From contig DAOPYQ010000002.1 in the NCBI GenBank assembly GCA_035352955.1, positions 233,267 through 297,266 on the forward strand: a stretch of 64,000 nucleotides of DNA, in the 5' to 3' direction. Origin of the DNA: Candidatus Omnitrophota bacterium (GTDB lineage: Bacteria; Omnitrophota; Omnitrophia; Omnitrophales; Aquincolibacteriaceae). The position numbers were made by a program, and so were the translations under genes. A model generated the notes under the pieces. That model searched no databases. It was not told the origin of the DNA and saw only the letters and a list, made by a program, of their open reading frames with translations. This document shows, one piece after another, positions 63,101 to 64,000 of the stretch (position 1 is its first letter; each line of letters begins with the position of its first letter).

Positions 63101-63793
63101 TTTCAGGAAATCTTCCAGGGAGGCTCCTTTTTTAAGAAACATCCGGCGACTGAACACCGGCACGAAGGTGTTCAGCGCGGCGTCCCGAACCAGATAATAC
63201 TCCGGCTTTCTCCGGCTGTTCTGATGGTAAGCCTCCCCATCATGCGCCGCGATCAGAACGCGTCCCTTTTTCTGGAAAACAGGGACGAGCGTCACGGTCT
63301 TCCCCGCCAGATCGGAAAGCCGGTGGATGTCAGCGCTCCGCCCGTTTTCTTTTAAATACAGGATGCCGTTGGAAGCCACCGCAACGTCATGTCCGTAAAT
63401 CCCAAGCGGGACCTCTTTGCCGTGCGCGTAATCGATCAGCGCAAGCCGCCCAAACCGCACCGGCGCCGCCTTTTCGCCACCCGGGACTTGCTTAAAACTT
63501 TCTTTCCCGGAAGGAAAACGCGGGACGGCCGCTTGTCCCAAAGAATGCCTGTAATAAGTCGAAACGATCTTTCCGGAAACTTTGTCGCGTACGGCCATGT
63601 AGATCCCGTAAACGGGGTGTTCCTCCAGAGAGATCTCGGCAGGCTGAAAACCGCTACGCCCTTCATAAATAGCTTTGGCCTCCGGGAGCGTCACAAGCTG
63701 GTTTCCCAAAAAATTCACAAAATGCGGGGAGCCGTGGTAGCGATCGATCAACCCGCGGCTCTGGTGCCGCGATTCACGGACAGAAACCGTCAC
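39179..63793 (-). CDS. Giant multidomain protein (8,204 aa; putative GTG start). Modules N→C: unknown (aa 1–740), kinase-like fold, TM/[8 protein letters not shown] segment, phosphoglycosyl transferase (Bac_transf), PP2C phosphatase, HEAT repeats, unknown, 2× ~380-aa membrane module, 2× SAM-MTase, possible 2H phosphoesterase, HExxH, SAM-MTase, HD-GYP, SAM-MTase, unknown C-terminus
   Basis: A single stop-free frame of 24.6 kb carries recognisable motifs throughout. A PglC-like block …[22 protein letters not shown]…[22 protein letters not shown] lies at ~57340–57700. A PP2C block MAVMDGHGG…GSTLTCVF…LIGDSPAYL…LLASDGI lies at ~56300–57030. An HD-GYP block HD…[14 protein letters not shown] lies at ~44860–45380. 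Four GxGxG SAM-MTase folds lie at ~50600–51120, 49920–50310, 45550–46010 and 42050–42650. Chance absence of stops over 8,204 codons is implausible at this GC content. Confidence 0.8.
   Translation of the reverse strand: [8204 protein letters not shown]
39842..39942. mobile_element. Inverted, partially degraded copy of the MITE-like element, inserted in-frame inside the giant ORF
   Basis: It is the reverse complement of 39040..39170, including the core cccaatacctatcaatttttgcgaagcggaagttgggg. In the giant ORF it is read as …[29 protein letters not shown]…. Confidence 0.6.
41600..41672. repeat. In-frame palindromic repeat, A-type unit (encodes …[23 protein letters not shown]…)
   Basis: cgcatctcggcgcggccgcccacctttgcggccggccgagaaatgcttgaatacggattcaagcgc contains the hairpins GGCCG…CGGCC and GCTTGAAT…ATTCAAGC. 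Confidence 0.75.
42972..43168. repeat. In-frame palindromic repeat, composite B-A-B units
   Basis: Two copies of the B unit ctcggctgggacttccttggtcccagcacgagtgcgtgc(a/g)ggactagggatgtcctgccg flank one A unit. It encodes [67 protein letters not shown]. Confidence 0.8.
47253..47392. repeat. In-frame palindromic repeat, A+B units
   Basis: Near-identical to the other copies and encodes [47 protein letters not shown]. Confidence 0.8.
49665..49740. repeat. In-frame palindromic repeat, diverged A-type unit
   Basis: cgcatctcagcacggcggcccccctctgccgccggctgagaag… encodes …[18 protein letters not shown]. Confidence 0.6.
53735..53795. repeat. In-frame palindromic repeat, truncated B unit
   Basis: …cacgagtgcgtgcagggctaaggatgtcctgccgcaattcagc encodes [18 protein letters not shown]. 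Confidence 0.6.
55367..55443. repeat. In-frame palindromic repeat, B unit
   Basis: cgcatctcggctgggacttccttggtcccagcacgagtgagtgcaggactatggaggtcctgccgcagctcggc encodes [27 protein letters not shown]. Confidence 0.8.
56225..56303. repeat. In-frame palindromic repeat, B unit
   Basis: Same unit, encoding [27 protein letters not shown]. Confidence 0.8.
57811..57870. repeat. In-frame palindromic repeat, C-type unit (hairpin CGGAGACCCGGTCTCCG)
   Basis: It encodes [20 protein letters not shown] immediately N-terminal to the phosphoglycosyl-transferase module. Confidence 0.75.
58488..58563. repeat. In-frame palindromic repeat, B unit
   Basis: It encodes [28 protein letters not shown]. Confidence 0.8.
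61551..61612. repeat. In-frame palindromic repeat, C-type unit
   Basis: ctcaccccttcggagacccggtttccgaggcgggtcggttggtcgcgcaattccgaacg encodes [20 protein letters not shown]. Confidence 0.75.
62974..63033. repeat. In-frame palindromic repeat, C-type unit
   Basis: ctcaccccctcggagaccgggtctccgaagtgggtgggttgttcacgcaattccgcgcg encodes [20 protein letters not shown]. Confidence 0.75.
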
Positions 63794-64000
63794 GGGATAA
63801 ACCTGACGGGCCCGGGTTCGCGCGAGCTCAAAAGAGCTCCCGCTGTAATAATCCGAAATATCCCTCTCGGAAAAAACGAAAGCCTCCTTGCCGGCATACG
63901 AAAAAAGCGGATAAAGAACATCCGCCCGGCCTTGCTGGTAGTTCCAGAATTCGGATTCCAGATAAAAATTCGCGACCTGCCCGCGCTTCGGGTCCCGCTC

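Noticed and set aside
60146-63355. 1,069-aa ORF on the plus strand opposite the 5' part of the giant gene, plus many other 100–500-aa plus-strand ORFs across 39–64 kb
   Set aside because: These are Arg/Pro/Gly-rich antisense 'shadow' frames typical of high-GC coding DNA. They have no motifs or plausible starts and lie entirely inside a gene with strong domain evidence on the other strand.
1-64000. rRNA, tRNA, tmRNA, RNase P RNA
   Set aside because: No cloverleaf-compatible segments with anticodon-loop context and no rRNA-like conserved stretches were seen. A dedicated scan of the spacers (7100–7400, 27440–27780, 29700–29990) would be needed to be certain.

Overview
This is a GC-rich bacterial chromosomal window. 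From 1 to about 39 kb it carries ordinary, mostly minus-strand housekeeping genes. These include a folate/purine block (folC 5' end, purH, pabC-like, pabB-like), a TCA block (citrate synthase, aconitase, isocitrate dehydrogenase), and an inositol-lipid block (inositol-3-phosphate synthase, CDP-alcohol phosphatidyltransferase, and an inositol monophosphatase further away). Other recognisable genes are mutY, pyrE, trmJ-like, rsmB, pepA, rnhA, cysE, ychF, a 1,907-aa autotransporter-type surface protein, and a COG1373 ATPase flanked by ~190-bp direct repeats. The last 24.6 kb (39179..63793, minus strand) is a single uninterrupted ORF of 8,204 codons. It chains recognisable enzymatic modules: a kinase-like fold, a PglC/WbaP-type phosphoglycosyl transferase, a PP2C phosphatase, HEAT repeats, a tandemly duplicated ~380-aa membrane module, four class-I SAM-methyltransferase folds, a possible 2H phosphoesterase, an HExxH motif and an HD-GYP domain. 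Long stretches of unrecognisable sequence separate them. The ORF is punctuated by near-identical in-frame palindromic nucleotide repeats (72-75 nt, multiples of 3) that encode a recurring peptide '[24 protein letters not shown]' and variants. Its 3' end also contains an in-frame inverted copy of a MITE-like element that sits intact in the adjacent intergenic spacer. I read this giant, repeat-punctuated multi-enzyme gene as the likely novel system in the window; its function cannot be inferred from sequence alone. No rRNA, tRNA or CRISPR array was recognised.
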